Source: the human T2T-CHM13v2.0 reference genome, Homo sapiens
DNA: 64,000 bases
Reading direction: 5' to 3' (one strand)
Assembly (NCBI RefSeq): GCF_009914755.1
Contig: NC_060937.1
Positions 41,058 to 53,130 of this stretch are shown here, one piece after another. Below the pieces are notes generated by a model. The model had not been told where the DNA came from, searched no databases, and saw nothing but the letters and a program-made list of their open reading frames with translations. Numbering within the stretch: the stretch's first letter is position 1; every line of letters starts with the position of its first letter. The position numbers and the translations under genes are program-made.

Positions 41058-41399
41058 TAGTCAGCTCTCTTTATCTGTGGGTTAAGCATCCCTAGATTCA
41101 ACCAATTGCAAATGAAAATTATTAAAAACAGATGGATGGTTGTGTTTGTACTGAACATTTACACACTGTTGTTTTCCTTGCCATTATTTCACATATCATA
41201 CAGGACAAAAATTCTTTACATGGCATTTACACTGTATTAAGTATAAATAATCAAAAGATGATATAAAATATATGGAAGGATGTGCATAGGTTATATGCAA
41301 ATACTACACCACTTTATATCACAGACTTGAGCATCTGTGGAGTTTGGTATCCACAAGGGTTTCTGTGGCCAATTCCCCCTGGATACGGAGGGATGACTA
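41058..41399 (-). mobile_element. MER2 (Tigger-family MITE)
   Basis: gatgtgcataggttatatgcaaatactacacc..gacttgagcatctgtgga..ggatacggagggatgact; TA flanks. Confidence 0.92.
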
Positions 41400-41634
41400 T
41401 ATAGTTTTACCCTAAAAAGCTGAAAATTACCTATTTTTATGTTGTATTCCCTCTTCGAAGCAACCAGTACATGAGGGACAAAAGAGACTGACAAGGAGAA
41501 AGAAAGGAACAGAGAGAAAGCCAACAATAGAGCCCATGAGAAAGGCACAGAGAGAATGAGCTACAAATACAGATATAGATATACACAGCTATCCTATAAA
41601 CGATTCTAAATATGACAGGTTAATAATAACTAGC

Positions 41635-42015
41635 TGCATTTGTCTCCTAGGGTCACCATAGCAAGTCGCTACAGACTGGCTGTTATGAACAACAGAAATT
41701 TACTTTTGCACTGTTCTGGAAGCTAGAAGTCCAAGATCAAGGTGCCATCAAGATTGGTTTCTGATAAGACCTTTTTTTTTTCCTGGATTTTGACTTACTT
41801 TCTCACTGTGTGCTCATGTAGCCTTCCCTCTGTGTTTGTGCTGAGAGAGAGCTGTCTGGGGTCTCTTCCTCTTTTAAGGGGACAATAGGCATAGCAGATG
41901 AGGGGCTAGCCTTGTGACTACACTACTTCCCTAAAGACCTTAATTCAAAATAAATCACTCTGGGGGTGTAAGAGTTCAACATATAAATTTTAGAAGGATA
42001 AATTCAACTTCAACA
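41635..42015 (-). mobile_element. MLT1A-type MaLR LTR
   Basis: aacaacagaaattt..gttctggaagctagaagtccaagatcaaggtgcca..ttcaacatataaatttt. Confidence 0.85.
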
Positions 42016-42040
42016 TTATCTCACTAAAAGTGTCTTTGAA

Positions 42041-42335
<295 letters not shown>

Positions 42336-42639
42336 GGCTTAGAAATAGTAACTTTCTTTTACTGTGTATACTATTTTTTTTTCATCAGAATAACCTCATA
42401 AACAGGAAAGTTCTTATTAATGATCTTTTTTACTTAGCACTTAGGGAAGAATGGATTTATAGTAGCAAATAGTAGTCACAAATATATACAGTAATGTAGT
42501 GTTTCTAAAACTTTTCATGTGCCTAAAAAATGTCCTGGAACTATAATTCCTTCTTAATATTTATACTATTTAGTTTTGGAAATAAAATGGAATTGCAATC
42601 TTTGTGTTAAGATAGAGTGCAGATGCAGAATGGAAGCAG

Positions 42640-43350
42640 GAAGAACACAGGCGTGGGTATTAGTCATTTCTGGGCTTGAACCTTAGTTCTTTTCACCTTC
42701 TGTGTGCCTCAATTTCCTCCTATTTAAAAGTGGAAGAGTAAGAACTAAAGAAGGAGGAGAGAAACACGAAGGGTGGCTCGATAGTCAACAGGTTTATTTC
42801 AAACCTGGGAGGGACTTCTGACCAAGTTAGGTCAGAAGCTGCACTCTCTTACAGACTAAGAGTTTTTAAGGATTCAGGGTGGGAGAGTTTATCAGAGACT
42901 TCGACTGCTTCTGTGTCTCTTTGTTGTGCTTATCTGAGAGGGAGAGTTGTGTGTCTGTTCCCATACATCTTTCTGCAGCTTCAGGCATATCCCCTGAGTC
43001 TGCCTTTAGCTTCCCTATCTGAGTGCACCAGCAGAGAAAGGAATGTGCTTATTAAGGCCCACTGTTTTACTGGGGCCCCATTGTATGAGGGTGAAGTTTG
43101 GCAGTTACACAAGAGACTTCCTCCCTGCCTTCCTCTGTGCCTGAGCCTGTCTTACCTGTGTTTTACTGTCTGCTCTTTTCTGGCTGCTTGTAGTTAGAAG
43201 TGATTTCCTTGAAATGCGTGAGGCTAGAAAGGGAGTGTTTGTCAGAGATGATGGTGCTCATGCTCTGTCAGGAAGTTAAGTCACTTTTACGAGGATTCTG
43301 TGCGGTAAATATGATTACATTTGTAAATATCCTTGAGAAAGTGATGAGCA
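42640..43350 (+). mobile_element. MIR split by an LTR
   Basis: tctgtgtgcctcaatttcctcctatttaaaagtgg on the left; catttgtaaatatcctt..aaagtgatgagcac on the right. Confidence 0.55.
42737..43270 (-). mobile_element. LTR19(C)-like ERV1 solo LTR
   Basis: Reverse complement starts tgacagagcatgagcaccatcatctctgacaaacac; perfect 5-bp TSD ggaag at 42732-42736 and 43271-43275. Confidence 0.85.
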
Positions 43351-43402
43351 CCTACTCCACAAATGCCTCCCTTTTCTCCTTTCCCTTTTCAGAGCATCCT
43401 TC

Positions 43403-43712
<310 letters not shown>

Positions 43713-43735
43713 GCTTCCGTCTTTAGAAACCCAAA

Positions 43736-44142
43736 TGTTTCCGTTTGCCGTGGCTGCTGCAACAAATTATTATTAATCAGGCGCCTTAAACAGAAAATTA
43801 TGTCTCACACTTCTGGAGGCTGGAAGTCAGAGAGTGAAATGTTGGCAGTGTTGGTGCCTTCTGAGATTGTGAGAGGATCTGCTTAAGACCTCTCTTGTTG
43901 GCTTGTAAGATGGTCATCTTTCTGTGTGTCTTCGCATTTCCTTCCCTATCTATGTATGTGTCTATGTTCAAATTTCCCCTTCTTACAAGGACACCAGTCA
44001 AATCGTATTAGAGCCCACTGTAATGACCACATCTTAATTGTCTTCATAAAGACTCTATTTCCAAATAAGGTCACTCTGTGTGGTAGTTGGGGTTAGAATT
44101 TCAATGTAAGAATTTTGTGGTGTCATAATCTAACCCCAAACA
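43736..44142 (-). mobile_element. MLT1B/C MaLR LTR
   Basis: ttctggaggctggaagtc, tcttacaaggacaccagtca, ctatttccaaataaggtcac; TSD ccaaa/ccata. Confidence 0.88.
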
Positions 44143-45335
44143 CCATATAAACAAATGCATAAGTGGAACCATCAAAATACCTGTTTAAGTGAATCCTTGT
44201 ATTTGTCTCTCATTCTGAGCAAGATTTTCACTTTATTCTTCAAATTATTGAACACAATGTTAAATCTGTTTGCAGACAAAACATTTTAGACATCGTTGTT
44301 TTATTTTCACCTTTTTAAAGAGTCTACACAGCATTAAACTTTATACTTGAAATCAAGAAAAAAAAAAACAATTTATCTTTCAAGTTTCTTTTTCCAAATA
44401 TTAAAATAACATGCTGAAAAATTTAAATTGTCAGATATGAATTTCATCTTAAGAAAATTATCACTTGTTTAATATTACTTGATACTATCAGCCAAAGTGG
44501 CTGGTTTCCCCAGTTTCATTATAATTACTGTGTACGTTTATAGGAATCATGCATGTAATATAATCTAACCCTTTTGTAATTTTCCTGAAAGCAGGTTAGT
44601 TAATTTATGCAGGCAGGGTGCCAAAGCAAAATCTGTAGTAAACAGATACAATTCTCACTGTGCTTTGGTATTTTTTCAGTTTTTACCATTTCAAATATGT
44701 TTATTTTTAACATTTTAATTAAATGAAATAAAAAGAGCTGCTATTTAATTTACCTATGTGGAAGAACAGTTTGGCTTCTTCAAGAAGGACACAAGTGACT
44801 ATAAACTCTGAGCTGAAACTCATTATGTATTTTGATTTTTGTTCCTAGTGCAAGTGGTAAATTCCTTCTGCCTTATGCACATAATAATTAGTGTCATTAT
44901 CTGCTGCTTTATCATAATACTATATACACCAAAATGTAAATTAGCAGCCCAGCCCTTTAGAAATGATGGAGTGGATGACTGAAGTGCAATTTACTGATTA
45001 AAAGTTTCATTTTCTATATCTCACTGATGAATGCAGCCCTTTGCTTCCCTGAGATGTCAAATCCTGAAGGATATCATGTTGGGCTGGAACATTCTAAGAA
45101 TGGAGATTATGTGAATGGATATGGCAACGTAATTATTGTGCCTTTTTTGCCAACACTTTGTATGGAAATTTAAGTAAAAGTTTAAAAAAGCCATAAAGAA
45201 GTAAAACCTGTTTGTCAATTTTAATAAAGTTAAGGGTATGAGGTATTAATATCACACCGACACAATAAAAAGTCATAAGTCTAAGACTGCAAAACCTAAA
45301 AGTCATATAGGATATTCTTTCATTGAACATTTAAA

Positions 45336-45514
45336 GATGTATATATACATACATATCCCATATATGTGTGGGATATGTGATATATATATATATTGAAATA
45401 TATATATGTCTTTCAAATGTGTTTATTTTGTGTGTATAAATGTTTTGTGTATATATATATATGTTTATTTTGTGTGTATATATATATATATATACATACA
45501 CACACACACACACA
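45336..45514. repeat. TA/TG/CA low-complexity compound repeat
   Basis: Direct reading. Confidence 0.9.
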
Positions 45515-47369
45515 AAGACCAAAGAAATCCTCTGTTAAGTGAATGAATGAATACTCATAATATTACTTGTATATAAGAAGGGATTTATCTGGTTAAATAG
45601 AAAGAGGACAAAAAGAAATAATTGAATGGCACTATCAAGTATAGAGGACTTAAGTACAGTGAACATTTACTAGTGCAAGCAACATGCAATCCTTTGTTTT
45701 ATTCCCGTAATATGAACAAAGATAAGTCTGATTTTTAGAATCCAATTTTTGGTGATAAGTACAGAGGTAATCTTTAGACACCACTGCCAACAGCGCAATG
45801 AAGGGGAATAGCTTTAAAATAATAATAATAATAACATACCTAAGAGTCCTATCTCAAGGCTATTAGGCATTTGTTGCAGCCCTTAGCAAAAGACTCTAGT
45901 CATAAACAGGCCTGTTCAATCATATTAATGAATGAGAAGAGAAAGTGGCTTGTCTTATAGTTTTCTTTTCTTTTTATTTTTTTCTAACACACACACAGAC
46001 GGATAGACCCACACAGTTTTTCTCTGATAATTCTATCTATTTTGCATAATCTCCTGCTTTTTCCTACTATTTTCCTTGTTTTATTCTGCTGGTCTGTGTT
46101 ATTTGGCAAAATATTTTTAAAAAGTCAAATTTATCTGATTGTTTTGACTTTAAAGAGAGAAACTCTGAAGTAAAATGGCCTAAAAAATTAGGAAAACTCT
46201 AAAGCCCTAAAGTAATATATTTCAAAGTTCAACCAAATCAATGGCTTAATTATGACTTTAAGAAAACAAGGGATTTTTAGCTTTCAGCTCAGCCCTTCTT
46301 ACTGTGTTTCTTCCTACCACTCTCATTATCAAAATATGGTTGTGACAGTGACAGGCTTCATACCCTTACAATGCAATATCAACAAGTTGAAAGAGGATAT
46401 TTTTAAATGCTCTCTTATAAATGTCACTGTTACGCATGCAATATTACTGGAAGGTTTTCTTACTTTAGACTCAAGAAGCTATAAATGTAAGGTATTTTGT
46501 CTTCAGAATATGAACTAAAACTAAGTATTCACACATTTCAAATAGCTAAACAATCCACAGAACCAGAAAAAAGACACCAAAATATCTATTATTATGGAAA
46601 TACTTGTTTTTAAGTCATTGGTAATTTTTCAGAAAGTGATTCATGTGTTTTTCTTCCATTTTTAGTATTATAAGAGGAGAAATGATTGTTAACTAGTTTT
46701 CAACAAAGAAAAGCTGTGTTTATACTAGGCCCATCATTAAATGTTCTTGGAAAAATACTTGATTAATGAAGCTTGAAAAATATAATTCATATTTACTTAT
46801 TTATAACTCTTGGTAGCCCTGAATCCTGCTATAAATAACTTTTAATGTTTTCAACCCACAGAAATTGCGTGTGTGTGTGTGATAGTCTTAACAAAATGTT
46901 GCTTCAAATTATGAAGTAATAACTTTCTCCTCTATGAAAGGAGAAAATTTCTACAACCCATTGAATTATCATATGAAATTGCCTTAGATTATGATTTATT
47001 AAATGTTAGATACTTTCCAATCTCATATTTGGTGGGAGTTATTGAGAGGAATCAAGAAGACAATCATAACTGGATTCATGATATCAAAGTACATAATGAA
47101 TTTATGTATTCATTTTTGAATCCAGGTGATTTTACTAGAATAAGTTGTCCGTGGTTTCGATTATGTAGCTAAGGACTTTTCTAATTTACCAACATAAAAA
47201 CATCAATGTATGAAAAGCAACCACTCATAACCTCTTCTGAAGATCATACATGAGCATGTATTTTATTTCAATTTTTTTAAAGAAAAACAGGAAAGTAAAA
47301 GTTTAGATTTTTATCTTTCCAAATCAAGTACTTTATATTTTCTCTCAAATATAAACTTTAAAAAACAAA

Positions 47370-48240
47370 CGGAGACCCTAGAAGTGAGAAATAAACTCAT
47401 GAAATTAAATATATATTGGCTCAACTTAATAGCTGTATGAACATTTCAGAAGAAAGAGTAAACAAACAATGGTAGAACAATATAAGTTTTCCAAAATGAA
47501 TAATAGGAATAATATTACAAATAATCATAATAACTAGAGTATCAAGGTGATGTTAGATGGTATCATATGATCAAAAGTACATGAAACAGGAATGGCTGTG
47601 AGAATAGGACAGAAGAAAAAAAACCGAAGAACTTAAAGATATCATGGCTGAAAATTACCCATACTTGTAAAATCCATAACTTTTACATAGATATTTTTAA
47701 AGACCATGAAAATAAACCCCAAGAATCAGCCACACCCAGACACAGCATAGTCAAGCCAGTCAGTTAGATATACAGAGTGAATTTTGATAGCAGTAAAAGA
47801 CAGATGACCTATAACATACAACGAAACATCAATGCAATTAATGACTGAAATGAGAGTGATGGAGGACAGAAGAGGATTGGACATCCTTAAATTGCTCAAA
47901 GACAAAAAGGGGGGAAAAACCCCCACAAAACAAAACTGTCAACCCAGACTTCTGTTCTCAGTGATAATATCATTCATGATTGAAGGCAAAATAAAGACTT
48001 TTTTAATAGAAATAAACTAAGAAAATCTGTTGCCAAGACACTTTCTTTTCCGATACCAGAAAAGAGAAGCAAGCATCAGAAATGGTAAATATATGAGTAT
48101 ATGCAAAATTTTACCTCTTTTTGAGTCTTTCTTCTTATTCTTTTTTAAAACATGATTTACTGAAACTAAAATTATGACACTTTCTTGTTAACTTTATCAT
48201 GTAAGTTTGTGTATTACATGTAATGATTATAAGGACAGCT
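47370..48240 (+). mobile_element. L1M ORF1 fragment
   Basis: ORF 47832-48020 (..DILKLLK..NCQPRLL..ISF..EGKIKTF) is the L1 ORF1p C-terminus. Confidence 0.8.
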
Positions 48241-51096
48241 TGTAGTTTTGCCAAATTTTATGATCATTGATTGGAATTTAGACTGAATTAGAGCACAGTA
48301 TAAATGGAAAACTCACCAAATAATTTTAGAAAGTTTACAGTCAGCGTTCAAATTATATAATATTTCATCAAATTTACAGTGTTTATTTTAGTTTTCTTTC
48401 CAAGAACAGACAGAAAAGAGAAAGCAAAGAAATAACAACAAAGAAAAGAAAAAAACAGAGAAGATAATTTGAAAATAGGATATTTTCAAAAGTAGACGTT
48501 TAGTTTTCATGTTGTATTTCTGTAATGGACACTCTGGAGTTTATAACATATACATTCAGGAGGTCTTACATCTGAAGATATTTTCATTAAAATATATTTT
48601 AATATTCTTATAACTGAATAAGATAAGAAATTGGGGAATTGCAAAATTAGCCCTTGAAACTGTAAAATTTTTCCCTCAGAATTCCACTTTAGTAGCATTT
48701 GGTGTCGCAGTGTAATCTCAAATTAGAAATATTTTTTATCTCTCTGGATGCAACTTTATCTGATTTTCAATTTTTGTATTTTTTTACTTTATGGTTATAA
48801 TCTGTCGTATTCCTAGGGTGTGCCTAGTTTATTTGCCTTTTATTATAGTTGCTTGGATTATGGTTATCTAATTACAACCTAGTAATCGGCATACAATGTT
48901 TTCATTACACATGAAAAAGATTCATACCACATATATTGTGAATGTTTTGATTTGTTGTTGTTGTTGTTTATTTCTGAGTTTTCCCATCTGAATAATAATA
49001 TTCTACATACTGGCTCCTGTTTCCTGTTCTTGTATATAATTTTCTTTCTCATCATAATTTTCCCTTTGTACTATTCCTCTCTGTTCTAAAAATACTATTC
49101 CAATCTGCCTTTCATAGCATTCACTTGATTTTTTTCCACAAAATCAGTTCTTTTCAATCTAAAGACTAGTTTTCTCAGTTCTGCTGTTTCTACCAGCTTC
49201 TGCTGTGTCTCAGATCACTCACAAGCTTTCTTCCCTTCAGTCATCTCTCTTTCTCAACATACTGCATTTTCACAGAGATAAAATACTTCTGTACTATTTT
49301 GACTATGACAGTCTCCAGTGTCCAATGACTTTTGGAAGTATCTGCGTCTTCTGATTCTTTCAGACTCATTTACCCTTCCCTTTTACGTATTACTTGTTTT
49401 TTTCTGATCAACTTTCTTTTATCATTACTGCCAATTTTGTGAATTCAAAACATGTGTCCAAGTACTTACTATATATCACAGTTTATTTTGAATAATAGAG
49501 CATGTAATATAAGACAATTAAATAAGGCCAGGGTTGCCAAAATTGATGAATATGTTCAAGACAAAAGGTTCATGGGGGAAATGAAATGTATAGTAAGCTC
49601 TTTGTCTCATGAAATTCATATTGTTTGTTACCTGGTCACTTAAGTCCAAGTAACAAACAATATGAGAATATGAATATGGAGAAGCTCAATGCCTGCTGTA
49701 TTATTTAAATCATATTTTCATCTTGACAGTAAATGTAAGTAGTTCCTGGTCTAATGTCCATTTTATAGCAGTTTTCACCCACTGTTCTATTCACTTGTGT
49801 CTTGTTTCCATCCTCACTTCATGAATCTTTTTTTACTCTTCATAGGCAGAACATATAGAAAATATTGACCCATAACTTTTACTACTGTTTCCATTACTCT
49901 TCCTCTGTAATCCCTACACCACAGACCACATATAGTACCTTTCTCTCAAAATATTTTCATACCCGCAAAATTACTGTTTATTGCTACAAATTTCCATAAT
50001 GCTGAATGTTATCATCAGTTTTTCAATTAACTGATTAAATGAAGTTATTATATTTAAAGCAACATTTTGATTATCCAATATCAAATATAACATTTGAAGT
50101 GAAGAGAAAGCAGTTATCTACATCACAGAATAATGAAATAGGTCAGGTTTTCTACATAGAAATACACCAGATATTAGAGTCAGTGGACAGATGGTTGAAG
50201 AGGCATGAAGTACCTTCATACCTATTTAATATGGTCTGTCTTTTGTAAAGTAAAGCCAGGGTATGCCAAAAGCAAATGCCTAGTTTGGGTTTATCTCAAT
50301 CCCATTCCGTCTGCTTTTTAATTAGTGGCAATTCTTCCCAGATTTTGGTATTAATTGCTTATGTGTTTTAGCCTCCAATGCTATTGAGATGTGTGCCTTT
50401 CTCTGTATCTGCATAGATTTTTGTAGTGACAATCAGTAGTGGATGAATTAGCTAGATTCCATTTTAAACCTGAGCACCATGTCTTTCTAGATTTTAAAAG
50501 TTGGATAATTACTTATTCAATGTAATAATATTAATTATTATTAATTACATGTCATGTCAAGATGACTTCACTAATTTTCCCAACCAATAATTAAAATGCC
50601 TGCCATATGACAGGCATGTTTCATTTTTATGGTGGACCAAGAACAGAAATTTTTTTTGGATAATGTGGCATTATATTTATTGAGGGAAGCATTAAAAATG
50701 CAGTTACACCAAAGATAAACTAGCTTTGATAAGTACAATAAAAGAGGGTAGTAGATGACAGCATATTATGAATGGATATGGTTTAGTTTGAGATATCAGA
50801 GTAGTGACAATAAACTGATATCTAAAGGATAAAGAGGGGCAAAGTAATGTAGGGAAGAGAGATCGTCAACATAAGTATGGATGGGTAAAGAGCTGAAGAT
50901 GGAATGGAGCATTGTGTACTTAAAATCTGGTAGAAGGACAGAGAGGTGGATTAACACTTGGCAAAGAGGGACATCTGTTAGAAATGCTTGGAGGGTCAAT
51001 ATACCTTTTGTCCTTTATGCATAGCATAAGCAGATATCTATGCATAGCATAAGCAGAGATGATCAGATTTGGTTGAAATGATTACAGTCTCTAGAA

Positions 51097-51254
51097 CTGT
51101 GCTTTCTAATACTGTAGCCACTGTGCTGGCCAATAAAGCTGCACTGGTCCATTTTCTAGTGGTTAATAGCCATATGTAGATATTGGCTATCATATTAGAT
51201 AGCATAGATTTAAAGCGTTTTCCTCATTGCAGAAGGTTCTACTGAATAGTGCTG
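51097..51254. mobile_element. MER3/MER33-like hAT-Charlie MITE
   Basis: ctgtgctttctaatactgtagccact..atagccatatgt..cattgcagaaggttctactgaatagtgctg; ctaga flanks. Confidence 0.75.
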
Positions 51255-51357
51255 GTCTAGAGAATGGAGTGTGTCTAATATGGGAGCCCGAATAGGTATA
51301 GTGAACTATCTGCAAGGGGACTAGTGTCCCAGAAAGAGACAATAAGAAGTTGGTACA

Positions 51358-51708
51358 TGTATTCGTTTACTAGAAAAATTGTAACAAGGTACCACAAAGT
51401 GGATGGGTTAAAACAACAGAGATTAGTCTTTCCCCACTATGGAGGGAAGAAGCCTGAGATCAAGGTGTTGACAGTCATGCTGTCTCTGAAGGCTCTAGGG
51501 CAGAATTAGTCCCATGCCCAAATGAGTCTATGTCTTTTGTCTTCTTATTAGAATACCAGTAATATTGGATTAGGGTTCACCCTAATGACCTCATCTTAAC
51601 TTGATTATATCTGTGAATATTCTATTTTCAAATAACATCACATTTACAGGTACAGGGCATTAGGATGTCAACAAATCTTTTGGGAAAGGCTGGATTCAAC
51701 CCATTACA
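51358..51708 (-). mobile_element. MLT1B/C LTR, internally deleted
   Basis: taccacaaagtggatgggttaaaacaacaga..ccctaatgacctcatcttaacttgatta..attcaacccattaca. Confidence 0.85.
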
Positions 51709-52959
51709 TCTGGAATGGAGAGACGTTTATATAGTTGTAGATTATTTAAGAGGTTGATTAAATAGAGAACATTAAGTGACCAGTATATTTTAAAGAAAGG
51801 TGTCAGAAGAGCTTCAGTTCCCTGTAAAAACAGAGGTGGGAGGATCAATATGGGATGACCAACATGGGGCAAGGGTCCGTTTCATGAGGGTTATTGGGGT
51901 CTTCTGCAAAGTACTCAAGTTGGAAATGTCTTGAAAAGGCCCCACTCAAAAGGGCTGCCTTCCAGCAAGAGGCAACAAATGGAGGAGTTGATCTCAGATC
52001 CGTCTGTGAGGGACACATACATGGTCTATAGGAAAAGTAGAAAGAAACGACAAGTTTATTTTAGTTCTCACATTGTATGTTAAGAATAAAAAGCTACAAA
52101 AGCACCACATAGGACATAGACAGCATTTGAACATTTGTAATTTAGAGTGCTTCAATGAAATACTTAATATGAAAATACACAGAATATTTTCAAAATACAC
52201 TGATAGTGTGTAGATCCTATAGAGATCCTCCAAGTAAGATCTGATGTCCATATCTCTCTCTCTCCTTTAAAAATCTACACCTTCTACCAAGCTGGAAATG
52301 GGAATGCTACTTGTAAGGGCCATTCCAAGCCTTGGAAATAATTAACATTTGTCCATAAGATGCAATGCAACATCCATGCTCCTTTGTTTTTGGAATCAAG
52401 TGGCTAAAATGGACCAACATACATAGATACCACATTTCACACAACATCCCTCATCCAACTCTGAAAATTTAAGGAGAAATCCAAAATGTTTGGGTATAAA
52501 GAGGTGGGAGGCCACTCACAACATGCGAACTCATAAATAGTTCAATGAGGTGTGTTATGGTGCTGAAGATTTTGGGTTACTGTGCCTTTCATTCAGTAAT
52601 GCAAGGTGTATCTATATATCTCAATAATCCAAAACAAAACATACTTCCACAATATCCTCAATATTCCCAGATAACCTGGAGGGATCTGAAGCAGGATAGT
52701 ACTCTATTTTTACAAAGATTTTTATGGCAATTCGGCCCTACTATTCATTTGTTCAACTATTATTTAACACATATTAAGTTACTATCATGGGCCATGCACT
52801 GGCTTATTCAGTCCCTTCTTCATGGATGCACAGATAGAAGGACTTTTTATTTTTCTTTATTTAACTTGATTATTTTCATAGAAGAGTCTTGCATCCTACT
52901 GAAATCTCCAATTTACTTAAACAATTTTAACTAATATGCATTGTAGTGTTTCTATATAT

Positions 52960-53130
52960 TTAGTTTTTTTCTTGCTCATTATATTAACTATCATTTAATT
53001 TTCACAACAAACCTATTTTAAAATATTATAATTTCATTTGGAGATAGGCAAGCAGATATTCAGGAAGGTGGTTGACATTCTAAGTGCTGGTAAGAAGTAA
53101 AGCAGGGTAAGATATAATACAGGTTCATCC
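52960..53130 (-). mobile_element. MIR fragment
   Basis: tcatttaattttcacaacaaacctat..tttcattt..gagataggcaa. Confidence 0.55.

Larger units (their letters stand above)
50560..51930 (-). mobile_element. L2 fragments, interrupted by MER3-like and MLT1 elements
   Basis: taagcagagatgatcagattt, gagacgtttat..gtagattatt..aggt..agaacattaagtgac. Confidence 0.55.

Noticed and set aside
52545-52934. 129-aa ATG-initiated ORF in unique sequence
   Set aside because: No recognisable domain or exon structure; length is compatible with chance in 64 kb
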